DNA of 64,000 bases from an uncultured Thermoleophilia bacterium (GCA_963790185.1 CAWBNR010000007.1:14832-78831), one strand, 5' to 3'. Positions 40,960-54,178 are shown, counted from the stretch's first letter. Notes: generated by a model not told the origin, from the letters alone. Numbers and translations: made by a program.

Positions 40960-42276
40960 TCAGAGATGCGCGTTGGCGAGCGCGACCGCGATCTGGTCCT
41001 GCGCCCGCCGGGCGCGGTAGACGTCGACGGGGTCGCCGTTCATCAGTGTCGAGACCAGCACCTGGTGGCCGTCGGCCGTCTGCACGACGCCCGAGAGGCA
41101 GCAGGCGATGCGCAGCGTCCCCGTCTTGCCGCGGAAGTTGCCGGCCGCCGCGGTCCCGCGCATGCGTGTGGCCAGCGTCCCGTCGCGGCCGGCGATCGCC
41201 AGCGAGGCCCTGAACGTCGACCAGTCGTCTCTCCGGCGCATGGCGCGCAGCAGGCGCACGACGCCGCGCGCGCTCAGCCGGTCCAGGTAGCAGAGCCCGG
41301 AGCCGTCGTACAGACGGTAGGCATCGTCCGGCACCCCGAGCGCGGCGAGCGTGTTGCGCGCCACCCGCAGGCCGGCGGCGGTCGTGCCTTCGCCGTACAC
41401 GTCGCGGCCGAGACCCTTCAACAGCATCTCGGCGAAGAAGTTGTCGCTGTCCTTGTTCACGACCTTGAGCAGCGTGGAGAGGGGCGCCGAGTACACCGTG
41501 TGCATGCACCGAGACCCTGCCGGCACGCGGCCGGCGCGGGCCTCGCCGACGACGTCGATGCCGTTGCGCTCGAGGATCGTCTTGAAGCGCCGCGCCACGT
41601 ACAGGGGCGGGTCGCTCACCCGCTCGCCGTCGTACCAGTTCTCGTTGAGCGACAAGGCCGACAGGGGCCCGCACTCCACCCAGAGGTGAGGACTCCAGCT
41701 CGAGACCACCCGCAGCGCGTCGAACCAGGTGGCGTCGCCGTAGACCCGTCCTCGGATGGTCCTGATGCCCAGGCTCTTGAGGTAGTCGACGAACTCCTCG
41801 ATAGAGCCGGTCCTGATGCCCAGCGCCTTCTGCTGGTAGGTCACGGTCGAGAACGCCGGGTCGCCGTACCCCTTGAGGTAGACGTCGCCGTACAGCGTGC
41901 GCTGCCCCGGCTTGAGGGGGAGGGTGAAGAAGAGCGACGTGCGGAAACGATGATCCGCCGGCCAGCGGACGAGCGCGGTCGAGCTCGTGACCAGCTTCAT
42001 GTTGGAAGCCGGCGCGAAGCGCGTCGCGCTGTTCCATCCGTAGAGGGTCTCGCCGGCCGTGCGGTCGTACACGAAGACCCCGGTGCGCGCGCCGGCCACG
42101 CCGTTGTCGCGCAGGATGCCGGTGATGCGGCTCTGGATGGTCGCCGCACCGGCTGCGGGCAGTGGCGCGACGGCCAGGGCGGTGAGGAAGACGACGAGAG
42201 CGAGGAGCAGCGCCGGCCACGCCGCGGCGGCGCCTCGCCGGCGGGCGCCCAGTCTCGCTGCCGCGATGTCGCTCAC
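40960..42276 (-). CDS. dacB: D-alanyl-D-alanine carboxypeptidase/endopeptidase (PBP4, peptidase S13)
   Basis: ASNMKL (SxxK), signal/TM N-terminus, KTGTL motif; intact 438 aa. Confidence 0.75.
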   Translation of the reverse strand: MSDIAAARLGARRRGAAAAWPALLLALVVFLTALAVAPLPAAGAATIQSRITGILRDNGVAGARTGVFVYDRTAGETLYGWNSATRFAPASNMKLVTSSTALVRWPADHRFRTSLFFTLPLKPGQRTLYGDVYLKGYGDPAFSTVTYQQKALGIRTGSIEEFVDYLKSLGIRTIRGRVYGDATWFDALRVVSSWSPHLWVECGPLSALSLNENWYDGERVSDPPLYVARRFKTILERNGIDVVGEARAGRVPAGSRCMHTVYSAPLSTLLKVVNKDSDNFFAEMLLKGLGRDVYGEGTTAAGLRVARNTLAALGVPDDAYRLYDGSGLCYLDRLSARGVVRLLRAMRRRDDWSTFRASLAIAGRDGTLATRMRGTAAAGNFRGKTGTLRIACCLSGVVQTADGHQVLVSTLMNGDPVDVYRARRAQDQIAVALANAHL

Positions 42277-42434
42277 GCAGTCACCTCCCGGCAGGACTAT
42301 CGGCCAGAGGCGCTCGGCCCTGAAGTCGCGGTGCGCGGGAGCCGAAGCGTCTGTCGCGCGCCGTGATCCGCTCGCGAACGCGCCGCCGCGGGTGACGGCC
42401 CCGGGGCGCGGACGCGAAGCAGCGGGTACAATGG

Positions 42435-45400
42435 GTGCGCGACCCCGCGGCCTACCGGCTGCGGGGCTCTTCGCGTGCCGTCATGCTGCTCCAGGACCTG
42501 CTGCAGAACGAGCGTCTCGTCGAGGCCGCGCCGCGGCTGCGCCGCGGCGCGGCCGTGTACGCGCCCACCTTCTTCGCTCCCTACGTCCTTGCCGGCCTGA
42601 TCGCCGGCGATGACGGTGGGCGGCTGATCGTCGCCCCGGACGGCGAGGCGGCGGCGGCGCTCGCCGCCGAGCTCGGGACCTACCTCGATCGCACCGTGCC
42701 CGTACTGCCGGCGCGCGGCGTGTTGTACGGCGCCGACGTGGCGCCGGCGCCGCACGTCGTCGGGCAGCGCCAGCAAGCGCTGATCGCCCTCGCCGCCGGC
42801 GAGGTGGTCGTCACCGAGGCGACCGCCGCGCTCGAGCGCTTCCTCCCGCTCGAGCTGCAGCCGGAGCCGCTCCGGCTCACCGTGGGCGAGGAGACCCCGT
42901 TCGACCTGGCGGTCGAACGGCTCGCCGCGCTCGGCTACGAGCGGGTCGAGCAGGTGCGCGGCCGTGGCGAGTTCGCGGTGCGTGGCGGCTTGATCGACGT
43001 GTACCCCTCGATCGGCGAGCCGCTCCGCGTCGAGTTCTGGGGCGACGACGTCGAGCGCATGCGCGCCTTCTCCGTCTACTCGCAGCGCACCGCGACCGCC
43101 GTGGAGAGCGCGACGGTGTACGCCGCCTTCGAGGCGGACACGCGGCGGCCCGAGTTCCAGGCGGCCGTTCAGCAGGTCCTGTCGGCTTGGGAGGACGCGG
43201 GCCGGGAGGAGGCGCCGGACGACGTCTATCGGCGGGCCGAGATGCGCTCCCTCGCCGGTCTCGCCGGCCGCTTCACGACGCTCGAGGAGTGCGCCGGCGC
43301 CGCCGGCCTCCGGCTGGCCGTCGTGCGGCCGGACGAGACGCGAGTGGCCCTCGCCGACTTCGCCGCCGAGCTCGACGTCGTGTTCGGGCCGTCCGGCGCG
43401 CGGACCGCCGCGCCAGGCGCCGTGCCGGGCGCCGAGCCCGGCACAGGGGCAGCCGCCGCGATCGGCGCCGCGTCCGCCCGGTCGCGCGACCGGCTGTACG
43501 TCCCGCTTGCCGAGGCGCGCGCGCTGCTCGGGCGCGGCCTGCAGCTCGAGGTCGTGAGACGCGAGCAGCCGGTGCAGTTCGCCGCGAGCCGCCCGCAGTT
43601 CGCCGCTCGCGACCTCGCGGGCGCCGAGCGCGACCTCTCGCGCCTCGTGCGGGACGGCTACCGCGTCTACATCGTCTTCCGCCACCACGGCGAGACCCAG
43701 CGCGCCGCGTACCGTCTGCGTCACCTGTCGGCCGAGGTGCTCGAGGCGGGCGAGGCCGGGCGGGCGGAGCCGGCCGCGCCCGGCCTCTACTTCCTCGCCG
43801 CGCCGTTGCGCGAAGGCTTCGTGTCGGCCGAGCTGAAGCTCGCCGTCATCCCGGAGCGCTCGCTGCTGCGCGGGGCCTCGCGCGAGCGTCGCTTCGTCGG
43901 CGGCACGCGGCTCGCGAGCTTCTTCGACGTGCGTCCGGGTGACTACGTGGTGCACGAAGACCATGGCATCGCTCGCTTCGCCGGCGTCGAGACGCGCACC
44001 GTCGCCGACGTCACGCGCGACTACCTCCTGCTGCAGTTCAAGGGCGACGACCGCGTCTTCGTGCCGCACGAGCAGATCGGCAAGGTCAGCCGTTACATCG
44101 GCGCCGGCGCCGGCGCGCCGGCGCTCAACAAGCTCGGTGGCACGGCGTGGCAGGCGGTCAAGACGAGGGCGCGCACCGCCGTCGTCGAGATGGCCGGCGA
44201 GCTGCTCCAGCTCTACGCCACGCGGCAGACCGTGCCGGGGTTCGCCTATCCCCCGGACGGCGACCTCACCCGGCGCCTCGAGGACTCGTTTCCCTTCGAG
44301 GAGACCGAGGACCAAGCCGAGGCCATCGACGAGGTCAAGAACGACATGGAGGCGCCGCACCCGATGGACCGTCTCGTCTGCGGTGACGTCGGCTACGGCA
44401 AGACCGAGGTCGCGCTGCGGGCCGCCTTCAAAGCGGCCGAGGGCGGCCGGCAGAGCCTCGTTCTGGTGCCGACCACGATCTTGGCGCAGCAGCACGCGGT
44501 GACCTTCGCGGAGCGCTACGGCGAGTTGCCCGTCACCGTCGACATGGTGTCGCGCTTCCGCACGCGCGCCGAGCAGCAGAGCGTCCTCGCGCGCTTCGAG
44601 AAGGGCGAGGTCGACGTGCTCATCGGCACTCACAGGCTGCTCTCGACCGACGTGCGACCCAAGGAACTCGGCCTCGTCATCGTCGACGAGGAGCAGCGCT
44701 TCGGCGTGCGCCAGAAGGAGTTGCTCCGCCATCTCAAGCTGCAGACCGACGTGCTCAGCATGAGCGCGACGCCTATCCCGCGCACGCTGCAGATGTCGCT
44801 CTCGGGCATCCGCGACATCTCGGTCATCGAGACGCCGCCGCGGGGTCGCCACGAGGTGCGCACCTACATCGGCGAGTACCGAGACGATCTCGTCCGCGCG
44901 GCCATCGAGAAGGAGCTCGCCCGCGGGGGTCAGGTGTTCTACCTCCACAACCGGGTCGAGACCATCGAGCAGGCGGCCGAGCACGTTCAGGAGCTGGCGC
45001 CGCGCGCCCGTGTTCTCGTCGCGCACGGCCAGCTGCACGAGCGCAGCCTCGAGAAGGTGATGCTCGCCTTCCTGGCCGGCGAGGCGGACGTCCTGGTCAC
45101 CACCTCCATCATCGAGAGCGGCATCGACATCCCCAGCGCCAACACCCTGATCGTCGAGCGCGCCGACATGCTGGGGCTGGCGCAGCTCTATCAGATCCGT
45201 GGCCGGATCGGCCGCAGCGACGCCTACGCCTACGCCTACCTGCTCTATCCGAGCGAGGAGCTGCTGACGAGCGACGCGGCGGTGCGCCTCACGACGCTGA
45301 GCGACCACACCGAACTCGGCGCCGGCTTTCGCATCGCGATGGCCGATCTGGAGATCAGAGGCGCGGGGAACCTCCTCGGCGACGAACAGTCGGGGCACGT

Positions 45401-45998
45401 CGCCGCGGTCGGTTTCGAGATGTACGCGCAGATGCTCGAGGAGGCCGTGAACGAGCTGCGCGGCGAGCAGATCGCGGTGGTGGCGCCGGTGCGCATCGAC
45501 GTGCCGGTGACCGCCTACGTGCCGCCCGGCTACATCGCCTACGAGGCCGCCAAGGTCGACGCGCACCGGCGGATCGCACGGGCCGTGACGTTGCGCGAGC
45601 TCGGCGACGTGCGCGCCGAGCTCGCCGACCGCTTCGGCGTGCCGCCCGGTCCGGTGGAGAACCTGCTCTCGCTGCAGGCGCTGCGCGTCAAGGCGGGCGA
45701 ACTGGGCGCGCGCGCCGTCACGCTGCGCGGCGATCGTCTCCAGCTCGACGGTCTTGAGCTCGACGCGGACGGCGCGGCGCGCGTGCGCGCGGCGCTGCCG
45801 CGCGCCGCCTACTTCGCTCAGCGCACCAGCCTGACGGTGCACCGTGACGGGGGGCCGCTGTCGCCCGCCGCCGACGACGACGACGACCTGAACGAACGTT
45901 CACAGACCCTGATGTGGGTCGAGCAGACCCTCGATGCTATACTGGACACTCGCGTGTCCGTCGACCTGTCGTCTGACCCTGGGAGCCAGAACCCATGA
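42435..45998 (+). CDS. mfd: Transcription-repair coupling factor
   Basis: 1187-aa intact ORF with UvrB-homology, TRG and DEAD/helicase C-terminal motifs ([24 protein letters not shown]). Start may be at an internal M (~42486). Confidence 0.9.
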   Translation: MRDPAAYRLRGSSRAVMLLQDLLQNERLVEAAPRLRRGAAVYAPTFFAPYVLAGLIAGDDGGRLIVAPDGEAAAALAAELGTYLDRTVPVLPARGVLYGADVAPAPHVVGQRQQALIALAAGEVVVTEATAALERFLPLELQPEPLRLTVGEETPFDLAVERLAALGYERVEQVRGRGEFAVRGGLIDVYPSIGEPLRVEFWGDDVERMRAFSVYSQRTATAVESATVYAAFEADTRRPEFQAAVQQVLSAWEDAGREEAPDDVYRRAEMRSLAGLAGRFTTLEECAGAAGLRLAVVRPDETRVALADFAAELDVVFGPSGARTAAPGAVPGAEPGTGAAAAIGAASARSRDRLYVPLAEARALLGRGLQLEVVRREQPVQFAASRPQFAARDLAGAERDLSRLVRDGYRVYIVFRHHGETQRAAYRLRHLSAEVLEAGEAGRAEPAAPGLYFLAAPLREGFVSAELKLAVIPERSLLRGASRERRFVGGTRLASFFDVRPGDYVVHEDHGIARFAGVETRTVADVTRDYLLLQFKGDDRVFVPHEQIGKVSRYIGAGAGAPALNKLGGTAWQAVKTRARTAVVEMAGELLQLYATRQTVPGFAYPPDGDLTRRLEDSFPFEETEDQAEAIDEVKNDMEAPHPMDRLVCGDVGYGKTEVALRAAFKAAEGGRQSLVLVPTTILAQQHAVTFAERYGELPVTVDMVSRFRTRAEQQSVLARFEKGEVDVLIGTHRLLSTDVRPKELGLVIVDEEQRFGVRQKELLRHLKLQTDVLSMSATPIPRTLQMSLSGIRDISVIETPPRGRHEVRTYIGEYRDDLVRAAIEKELARGGQVFYLHNRVETIEQAAEHVQELAPRARVLVAHGQLHERSLEKVMLAFLAGEADVLVTTSIIESGIDIPSANTLIVERADMLGLAQLYQIRGRIGRSDAYAYAYLLYPSEELLTSDAAVRLTTLSDHTELGAGFRIAMADLEIRGAGNLLGDEQSGHVAAVGFEMYAQMLEEAVNELRGEQIAVVAPVRIDVPVTAYVPPGYIAYEAAKVDAHRRIARAVTLRELGDVRAELADRFGVPPGPVENLLSLQALRVKAGELGARAVTLRGDRLQLDGLELDADGAARVRAALPRAAYFAQRTSLTVHRDGGPLSPAADDDDDLNERSQTLMWVEQTLDAILDTRVSVDLSSDPGSQNP

Positions 45999-47047
45999 GA
46001 AGAACGCTGTTTGCTGCCTTACTGGTGGCGCTCGCAATGCTGGTGCCGCTGCTCGCGGCCTGCGCCAAGGAGGTCCCCGAGGGGGCGATCGCGGCCGTGG
46101 GCGACGATGTCGTCACCCAGGCGCAGTTCGACGAGATCATGGGGCAAGCCAAGGCCCAGTACGGCGCCCAGGATGGTGCCCAGGCCTTCCCTGAGGAGGG
46201 CTCGGCCCAGTACGACCAACTCGTGTCGAGCATCGTCACGTACCTGGTGCAGAACGCCATCGTCGAGCAGCACTCCGACGAGCTCGGGGTCTCCGTGACC
46301 CAGGAGGATATCGACCAGCGGTACACCGAGATCGAGGCGCAGGTCGGCAGCAAGAAGAAGCTCGAGAAGCTCCTCAAGGAGCAGAACGTCACCGAAGAGC
46401 AGCTCCGCCAGCAGCTCAACGCGCAGATGCTCCTCGACGCCGCCCGCACGAAGGTCTACGAGGACATCACGATCAGCGACGCGCAGGCCCTGGAGTACTT
46501 CGAAGACCCCGACAACAAGGGGCAGTTCGAGCAGGCCGAGACGCGCGACATGCGCCACATCCTGACCGAGACCAAGGCCGAGGCCGTGAAGGCGCGCGCC
46601 GCACTCAAGGCCGACCCGATGTCCGACAAGCTGTGGAAGGCCGTCGCCAAGAAGTACTCGACCGACCCGGGTACCAAGAATGCGGGTGGGGTGCTCGGCG
46701 CCTGGCCGACGGGCCGCATGGTGCCCGAGTTCGACGAGGTCGCCTTCGCGCTCGAGGTCGACGAGCTCTCGGAGCCCGTCAAGAGCCCCTTCGGATGGCA
46801 CATCATCCAGATCACGGCCGTGACTCCCGGCACGAACCAGACCTTCGACGAAGCCAAGGAGCTCATCACGCAGACGCTGCTCTACCAGAAGCAGGCCACC
46901 GTCTGGGACGAGTGGCTGAAGAAAGCCACGGAGGAGGCCGAGGTCGTGTACGCGCCGGGCTTCGACCCAGCGCAGCTCACGGCTTCGCCCGTTCCCGAAG
47001 AGACCGCGCCGGCCGAGTCGCCGACGCCCGCCGCCACCGAGAAGTGA
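45995..47047 (+). CDS. Parvulin-type peptidyl-prolyl cis-trans isomerase lipoprotein (PrsA/SurA-like foldase)
   Basis: Lipobox LLAACA; parvulin core GGVLGAWPTGRMVPEFDEVAFALEVDELSEPVKSPFGWHIIQI. Confidence 0.7.
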   Translation: MRRTLFAALLVALAMLVPLLAACAKEVPEGAIAAVGDDVVTQAQFDEIMGQAKAQYGAQDGAQAFPEEGSAQYDQLVSSIVTYLVQNAIVEQHSDELGVSVTQEDIDQRYTEIEAQVGSKKKLEKLLKEQNVTEEQLRQQLNAQMLLDAARTKVYEDITISDAQALEYFEDPDNKGQFEQAETRDMRHILTETKAEAVKARAALKADPMSDKLWKAVAKKYSTDPGTKNAGGVLGAWPTGRMVPEFDEVAFALEVDELSEPVKSPFGWHIIQITAVTPGTNQTFDEAKELITQTLLYQKQATVWDEWLKKATEEAEVVYAPGFDPAQLTASPVPEETAPAESPTPAATEK

Positions 47048-47084
47048 GGCGCCGCCGGCCCCTGCGCGCGCGACGGCGCGGGCC

Positions 47085-48281
47085 GTGGGCCTGACTCTCG
47101 TGTATGTCGGCGCCGCCGCCGGTGCCGTGCCCGCAGCCTCGCTGCGGGCACTCGCCGGCGGCGGCGCCGTCTTCGTCCCGGCAGGCCTTGACGCCGAGCT
47201 GCGCACCGCGGTCGGCGAGGCGGTCGACCCCGGTGCGGGCCGTCTTGTCGAGATCGACGCGACCGACCCGGCCGCCCTCGACGAGGTCGTGTCCGCGGCC
47301 AACGCGGGTCCGGTCGTCGTCGCCCTCGCCGGCCCCCAGGCGCCTTGGCTCGCCCGCGCCCTGTCGGCGCGCGCCGCGCCGCCGGCCCTCGAGACGGCGA
47401 CCGTCCCGGTCGCCCCGGTGTTTGACGACCTCCTGCTCGGCCAGGAGCTGGTCTCGCTCAAGCGCATCGTCGATGTGCTGCGCGTGGAGTGCCCCTGGGA
47501 TCGCGAGCAGACCGCCGGTGACATCGTCTCCTACACGCTCGAGGAGACCTACGAGCTGGTCGACGCCGTCGCTCGCAACGACCTCGGCGAGGTGCACGGC
47601 GAGCTGGGCGACGTGCTGTTGCAGGTCGTGATCCTCGCCATGATGCAGGCCGAGCGCAAGGCCGGCGATCTGGGCAGCATCACGCACGACATCGTCGCGA
47701 AACTGATCCGTCGGCACCCGCATATCTTCGCCGATGGTGAGGCGCACACGGCGGCCGAGGTCAAGGGCCGCTGGGAGCAGATCAAGCGCGAGCAGGAGGG
47801 CCGCGAGGGCGTCTTTCACGACGTGCCCGCGTCGCTGCCGGCGCTGTTGCGGGCGCACAAGCTCCAGCAGCGGGCGGCCGCCGTCGGTTTTGACTGGCCG
47901 TCCGCGACGGCCGCCTTCCCCAAGGTCGCCGAAGAGCACGACGAGCTGGCGGCGCTGTTCGCCGAGGCGGCCGGCGCGACCGACGGAGTCGCCGGCCAGG
48001 CCGGCGACGCGGATCGTCGCGATCCCAGCCGGCACGACCCCAGGGTGCCGCACGAGGTGGGCGACCTGTTGTTCTCAGTGGTCAACGTGGCGCGCCTGCT
48101 GCACGTCGACCCCGAACTCGCGCTGCGCGCCGCGGCCGACCGCTTCGAGCGCCGCGTCACGACGGCGGTCGCCTTGGCGGCCGCCGAAGGCATCGACTGG
48201 TCTGCGGTAGGATTGGACGAGCAAGAGGCCTACTACCAGCGCGCCAAGGCGGCGGAGTCCGGCGACGAACACGCCGGCTGA
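47085..48281 (+). CDS. mazG: Nucleoside triphosphate pyrophosphohydrolase MazG with ~100-aa N-terminal extension
   Basis: Two MazG EExxE repeats (LEETYELVDAV; EVGDLLFSVVNVARLL). Confidence 0.75.
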   Translation: MGLTLVYVGAAAGAVPAASLRALAGGGAVFVPAGLDAELRTAVGEAVDPGAGRLVEIDATDPAALDEVVSAANAGPVVVALAGPQAPWLARALSARAAPPALETATVPVAPVFDDLLLGQELVSLKRIVDVLRVECPWDREQTAGDIVSYTLEETYELVDAVARNDLGEVHGELGDVLLQVVILAMMQAERKAGDLGSITHDIVAKLIRRHPHIFADGEAHTAAEVKGRWEQIKREQEGREGVFHDVPASLPALLRAHKLQQRAAAVGFDWPSATAAFPKVAEEHDELAALFAEAAGATDGVAGQAGDADRRDPSRHDPRVPHEVGDLLFSVVNVARLLHVDPELALRAAADRFERRVTTAVALAAAEGIDWSAVGLDEQEAYYQRAKAAESGDEHAG

Positions 48282-48314
48282 AACCCGCACGGCGCTCTCG
48301 GACCGGGAGGGACC

Positions 48315-49612
<1,298 letters not shown>

Positions 49613-49747
49613 ACCGGCGGTGGGAGAACGACTCCGACGCGTCGGGTGGACTTTGCCGGGAGCGCGACCCACACTGTGAGCATGAGTCGCGGCGCGGTCG
49701 GGTCCATCTGATCCGCGCCGGATCGACGGACGAAAGGAATCGGGCGG

Positions 49748-50524
49748 ATGTACTGTCCTGAGTGCGGTCACGAAGCGGCGAACGCCAAGTTCTGCCCCGA
49801 GTGCGGGGCCGATCTCGCCGCGGTGCGCGGGGCTCTCAAGGGTCCGAAGCCCGCCGGAGAGGGCGGCGGACGCGGCGCGGGAGCAGTGCGCAAGGGGGCC
49901 GCTCCGGCTCCGTCCGGCGGCCTGTCGCCGCGCGTCCTCTGGGCGGTGATCGCCGTCGTGGCCGTCGCCGTCGTCGTGATAGTCGCCGTGGCGTCGGGCG
50001 GCGGCGAGCAGCCGGCGGGGGACACTCCCGCCGACGGCATGCCGACGACCGCGGCCACTCCCGTCCCCGTCGACCTCAGCGGCAGCTACCGCGAGCTCGT
50101 CCAGCGCGCCCACGACCTCTACGACCGCGGTGACGAGCTCTTCACCGCCCAGGACATCGAGCAGGGCGTCGAGTACTTCGCGGCCGCGGCTCAGGTCTAC
50201 GCGGCGGCCTGGAAGAAGGAGCCCGGCGACCCCAACGTCGGCACCGACTGGGCGACCTCGCTCTTCTACAGCGGCGACTTCGACGGCGCCGTCGAACGCG
50301 TCCGGACCGTGCTCAAGAAGAACCCGGACTTCCAGGCCGGCTGGTTCAACCTCGGCAACTACCTTTCGCACCAGGCGCGGATGGCCGAGAGCGGCGACGA
50401 CCAGACGGAGACGGCGCGCCTCTACGGTGAGGCGAGCGAGGCTTACATGAAGGCGGCCGCCATCGATCCCGAGTCCGACACCGGCCTGGAGGCGGCCGCG
50501 CGCGCCGCCGAGCTCGCGCAGTAG
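49748..50524 (+). CDS. Membrane protein with N-terminal zinc-ribbon (CPECGH...CPECG), one TM helix and TPR-like C-terminal domain
   Basis: Intact 258-aa ORF between eno and pyk. Confidence 0.4.
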   Translation: MYCPECGHEAANAKFCPECGADLAAVRGALKGPKPAGEGGGRGAGAVRKGAAPAPSGGLSPRVLWAVIAVVAVAVVVIVAVASGGGEQPAGDTPADGMPTTAATPVPVDLSGSYRELVQRAHDLYDRGDELFTAQDIEQGVEYFAAAAQVYAAAWKKEPGDPNVGTDWATSLFYSGDFDGAVERVRTVLKKNPDFQAGWFNLGNYLSHQARMAESGDDQTETARLYGEASEAYMKAAAIDPESDTGLEAAARAAELAQ

Positions 50525-50542
50525 CCGGTCGCTGAGCCGACC

Positions 50543-51996
50543 GTGAGCCCACCGACGGACCTCCTCGCGCAGCAGCGGCGCACCAAGATCGTCGCGACCC
50601 TCGGTCCCGCCACCGCCGACGAGGCGACGATCGAGGCGCTCGTGCGCGCCGGCATGAACGTGGCGCGGGTCAATCTCTCGCACGGCACGCCCGAGGAGCA
50701 CGCGGCCGCGATCGCGGCCGTCAGAAGCGTGGCCGACCGGCTCGACGTGCCGGTCGGCATCATGGCTGACCTGCCGGGCCCCAAGCTCAGGGTCGGCGAC
50801 CTCGCCGAGCCTGTCGTGGTCGCCGCCGGCGATCGTGTCACTCTCGGCGTCGAAGCCGACCTTCACGTCAACTTCCCGGAGCTGCTGCGGCACTTCGCGG
50901 TGGCGAGACCGGATCCTCGTCGACGACGGCGCCGTCGCCTTGCGGGTGACGGCCATCGAACGTGCGACGCGCGGCGGCGCCCGCGTCGTGCTCGCGGCCC
51001 AGAACGACGGGCGTCATCGAGTCGCGCAAGGGCGTGAACCTGCCCGACACGCGGCTGCCGATCCCCGCTCTCACGGCCGCCGACCGCGAGCTGCTCGCCT
51101 GGGGCGTTCGGATCAGGACGTCGACTACGTGGCGCTCTCGTTCGTGCGCTCCGCCGCCGACGTGCGCGAGCTCAAGGAGCTCATCGCCGCAGCCGGCGGC
51201 GACCAGCTCGTCGTCGCCAAGATCGAGAAGAAGGAGGCGCTGGCCGCGCTCGAGGAGATCGTCGCCGCCGCCGACGCGCGTCATGGTCGCGCGCGGCGAC
51301 CTCGGGGTGGAGATCGACCCGCCGAGGTGCCCGATCTGGCAGAAGCGCATCATCCACGCCGCCAACGTCGCCGGCAAGACCGGTGATCACGGCGACGCAG
51401 ATGCTGCAGTCGATGGTTCGACCCCCGCGGCCGACGCGCGCCGAGGCGAGCGACGTCGCCAACGCGATCTACGACTGCGACCAGCGCCGTGATGCTCTCC
51501 GGCGAGACCGCCGTCGGCGCGTACCCCGTGGAGGCGGTGCGCACCATGGCCGAGATCGCGCGCGTCGTCGAGGCCGACATCGAGCGCGAGCGGCCGCGCG
51601 CCGCAGCCGTGGGCGCAGGGCCGCACCGACGTCTCCAACGCCATCAGCTACGGCGCCTGCGAGGTCGCCCAGCGAGTCGGCGCGGCGGCCATCGTCAGCG
51701 CCGACCGTTCACGGGGGCGACGGCGCGCGCCGTGGCCCGCAACCTGTCCCTCGCAGCCCGCATCGTCGCGGTGAGCCCCAACCAGCGCGTCGTCAGCCAG
51801 CTCACGCTCTGCGTGGGGCGTGCTCCCGCTGCTGCGCGGCGAGGCCGCCGACGCTGAGGCGGTGATCGCCGGCAGCAACGACCTGGTGCTGGCCAGTCGG
51901 CTTGGGCGAGCCCGGAGAGGTGGTCGTCATCACCGCCGGCGTGCAGACGAACAGTCCGGCAAGACGAACCTGATCAAGGCGCACGTGCTCCAGTAG
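50543..51996 (+). pseudogene. pyk: Pyruvate kinase, fragmented by at least 6 apparent frameshifts
   Basis: [58 protein letters not shown] segments scattered across ORFs 50543-51037, 50835-51386, 50962-51492, 51383-51865, 51489-51857; stop at 51994-51996. Confidence 0.8.
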
Positions 51997-52166
51997 CCGA
52001 GGCGCGCTGCCTCCCGCGATCACCGGCGAGCCGCACGGCACGCGAGCAGGGAAGGCCGCGCAGCGCGCGAATCAGTCGGGACAGGGTGCCGACGGTCGGC
52101 GTGCGGTCCGGATGGCCCGTCACATCGCGACCCCGGTGGCGAGCCGAAGGGATGGGGCGAGCAGTC

Positions 52167-52577
52167 ATGGCAGCGACACGTCGCAAGGCGCGGAGGGCGA
52201 CTGCGCGGCCACGGCTGCGCTGGGGCCGCTTCCTGGTCCTGGCGCTCGTCCTCGTCGCGGCCGCGCTCTACGCCGAGCCTCTGCGCGCCTTCTTCGTGCA
52301 GCAGGACCGCTACGAGAAGGCATCGACCGCGCTCGCGAGCGCGCAGGCCGACAATCGGGTGCTGCACGCCGAGATCGAGCGCCTCGGGACCGACTCGTAC
52401 GTCGCGGAGCGGGCGCTCTCCGACCTGCAGATGGTGCCGCGCGGCATGCAGGCGTTCGTGGTCAAGGGCCTGCCCGGCGAGTCCGCGGCGGCGGGCGGCG
52501 GCGGGCAGGCCGTCGTGAAGGACACGCTCTCCCCGCTTGACCGTCTCACCGATCTCTGGCGGACGCTCTCCGAGTAG
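52167..52577 (+). CDS. Septum formation initiator (FtsB/DivIC-like)
   Basis: Basic N-terminus, single TM helix, then coiled coil (ASAQADNRVLHAEIERL). Position after eno matches the conserved actinobacterial arrangement. Confidence 0.55.
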   Translation: MAATRRKARRATARPRLRWGRFLVLALVLVAAALYAEPLRAFFVQQDRYEKASTALASAQADNRVLHAEIERLGTDSYVAERALSDLQMVPRGMQAFVVKGLPGESAAAGGGGQAVVKDTLSPLDRLTDLWRTLSE

Positions 52578-52610
52578 CTCTCGCGCGGCGCGAACCAGAC
52601 GCTCGCGCAC

Positions 52611-53234
52611 GTGCTCTGCATCCGCGCGCCGCATGACGCGCTCGCGCACGGCGTGTACGCTGGCGCCATGGTCGAAGACCTCCCGTCTGATCCGCTCTCC
52701 CGCGTGGGTATCGCGGACGGTGACGAGCGCGTCGTCAGGGGCCAGATCGGTCGCCGGCCGAGGCCGATGAGCGCGGTGGCGGCCCGTTGCCCGCACGGAT
52801 CCCCGGCCGCCGTCGAGGTCCTCCCGGCCGACGAGCGCGGCCGTCCGTTCCCGACCCTGTACTACTTGACGTGTCCGACGGCCGTCGCCGCACTGTCGCG
52901 GCTGGAGAGCGCCGGTGGTGTCGAGCTCTTCCAGCGGGCCGTCGACGGTGACGATGGCCTGCGGGTGTCGCTTGCGCAGGCGGTGCAGGAGACATGCGAG
53001 CGGCGCGCCGAGCTGGCGCGCACGCTTGGGCTCACGGCCCTCGACGGCGGCGCCTCGCTTAGGACCGGCATCGGAGGTGTCGCCGACGCGTCACGCCTCA
53101 AGTGCCTGCACGCGCACGCGGCCCACGGGCTGGCGCGGCCTCCGTATCGCCTGGGCGCCGAGGTCATCGCCGCGGCGGCCGGGCTCTGGTGTGACGACCG
53201 CCGTTGTGCGGCCTACGCTGAGGACGTCCCGTGA
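52611..53234 (+). CDS. DUF501-family protein
   Basis: FPTLYYLTCP ... KCLHAH motifs; conserved partner upstream of ppx in Actinobacteria. An alternative start lies at 52668. Confidence 0.6.
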   Translation: MLCIRAPHDALAHGVYAGAMVEDLPSDPLSRVGIADGDERVVRGQIGRRPRPMSAVAARCPHGSPAAVEVLPADERGRPFPTLYYLTCPTAVAALSRLESAGGVELFQRAVDGDDGLRVSLAQAVQETCERRAELARTLGLTALDGGASLRTGIGGVADASRLKCLHAHAAHGLARPPYRLGAEVIAAAAGLWCDDRRCAAYAEDVP

Positions 53235-54178
53235 AGGTCGCTGTCGTCGACCTCGGCACGAACACGTGCAGGCTGCTGCTCGCCGACGTCGTCGACGGGC
53301 GGATCGCGGCCGTTGCGTCGCGCGAGACCCAGGTGGTCCGGCTCGGGCAGGGGGTCGACGGCCGCGGGCGCCTCGCGCCCGCGGCCGTCGACCGCACCCT
53401 CGCCTGCCTGGCGGGCTACACGGCCGCGGCCGCGGCGTACCGCCCCGAGCGCTCGCTGCTCTTCGCCACGAGCGCCCTGCGTGACGCGGCCGACGGCGAG
53501 CGGTTCCTCCGCCGGGCGGAGGCCGAGCACGGCTGGCCGTGCGAGGTCATCGAGGGCGACCTCGAGGGCCGGCTCGCTTTTCGCGGCGCGGTCGCCGGTC
53601 TCGCGCGCCCGGCGCCGGGGCGTCTGCTGGTCGTCGACATCGGCGGCGGCAGCACCGAAGTCATCGTCGGCGACGGCGTCTCCGGCGAGGCGGTCGCCGT
53701 GCGCAGCGTCGACGTCGGCGCCGTGCGCCTGACCGAGCGCTGCTTCGCCGACGATCCGCCGAGCGACGCGCAGTGGGCGGCGGCGAGCGCGCTCGTCCGG
53801 AGCGCGCTCGCCGCCGCCTCCGCCGAGGTCGTCGCCGCGGCCGGCGCGCCCGCCGTCGGGATCGGCGTCGCCGGCACGTTCACCACCCTTGTCGCCTACG
53901 TGCTCGGCCTGCGCGAGTTCCGGCGCGAGCTCGTCGACGGCTACGAGCTGAGCCGCGAGACGATCCGCGCCGCGATCGACCGCTTCCGGCGGCTCACGAG
54001 CGCCCAACGGGCCGAGCTGCCCGGCATTCGGCCCGGCCGCGAAGACGTGATACCGGCCGGCGCCCTGATCGCCGCCGAGGCGTGTCGCGCCTTCGGTCTC
54101 GACGCTCTGCGCGTCTCCACCTCGGGTATCCTCGAGGGCGCCGGCCTCTGGGTGGCCGAGTGCCCCGAGTCCGGCTGA
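53231..54178 (+). CDS. ppx: Ppx/GppA-family exopolyphosphatase
   Basis: VAVVDLGTNTCRLLLA (actin-like ATPase N-terminus), VVDIGGGSTE; GTGA overlap with the DUF501 stop. Confidence 0.75.
   Translation: MKVAVVDLGTNTCRLLLADVVDGRIAAVASRETQVVRLGQGVDGRGRLAPAAVDRTLACLAGYTAAAAAYRPERSLLFATSALRDAADGERFLRRAEAEHGWPCEVIEGDLEGRLAFRGAVAGLARPAPGRLLVVDIGGGSTEVIVGDGVSGEAVAVRSVDVGAVRLTERCFADDPPSDAQWAAASALVRSALAAASAEVVAAAGAPAVGIGVAGTFTTLVAYVLGLREFRRELVDGYELSRETIRAAIDRFRRLTSAQRAELPGIRPGREDVIPAGALIAAEACRAFGLDALRVSTSGILEGAGLWVAECPESG

Noticed and set aside
42297-45842. 1181-aa ORF antisense to mfd, plus other very long antisense or alternate-frame ORFs in the high-GC half (36496-37740, 46019-47524, 37777-39390, 53213-54355)
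   Set aside because: Stop-codon-poor high-GC DNA produces long spurious ORFs. Their composition (R/A/G/P-rich, no motifs) and full overlap with strongly supported genes argue against them.
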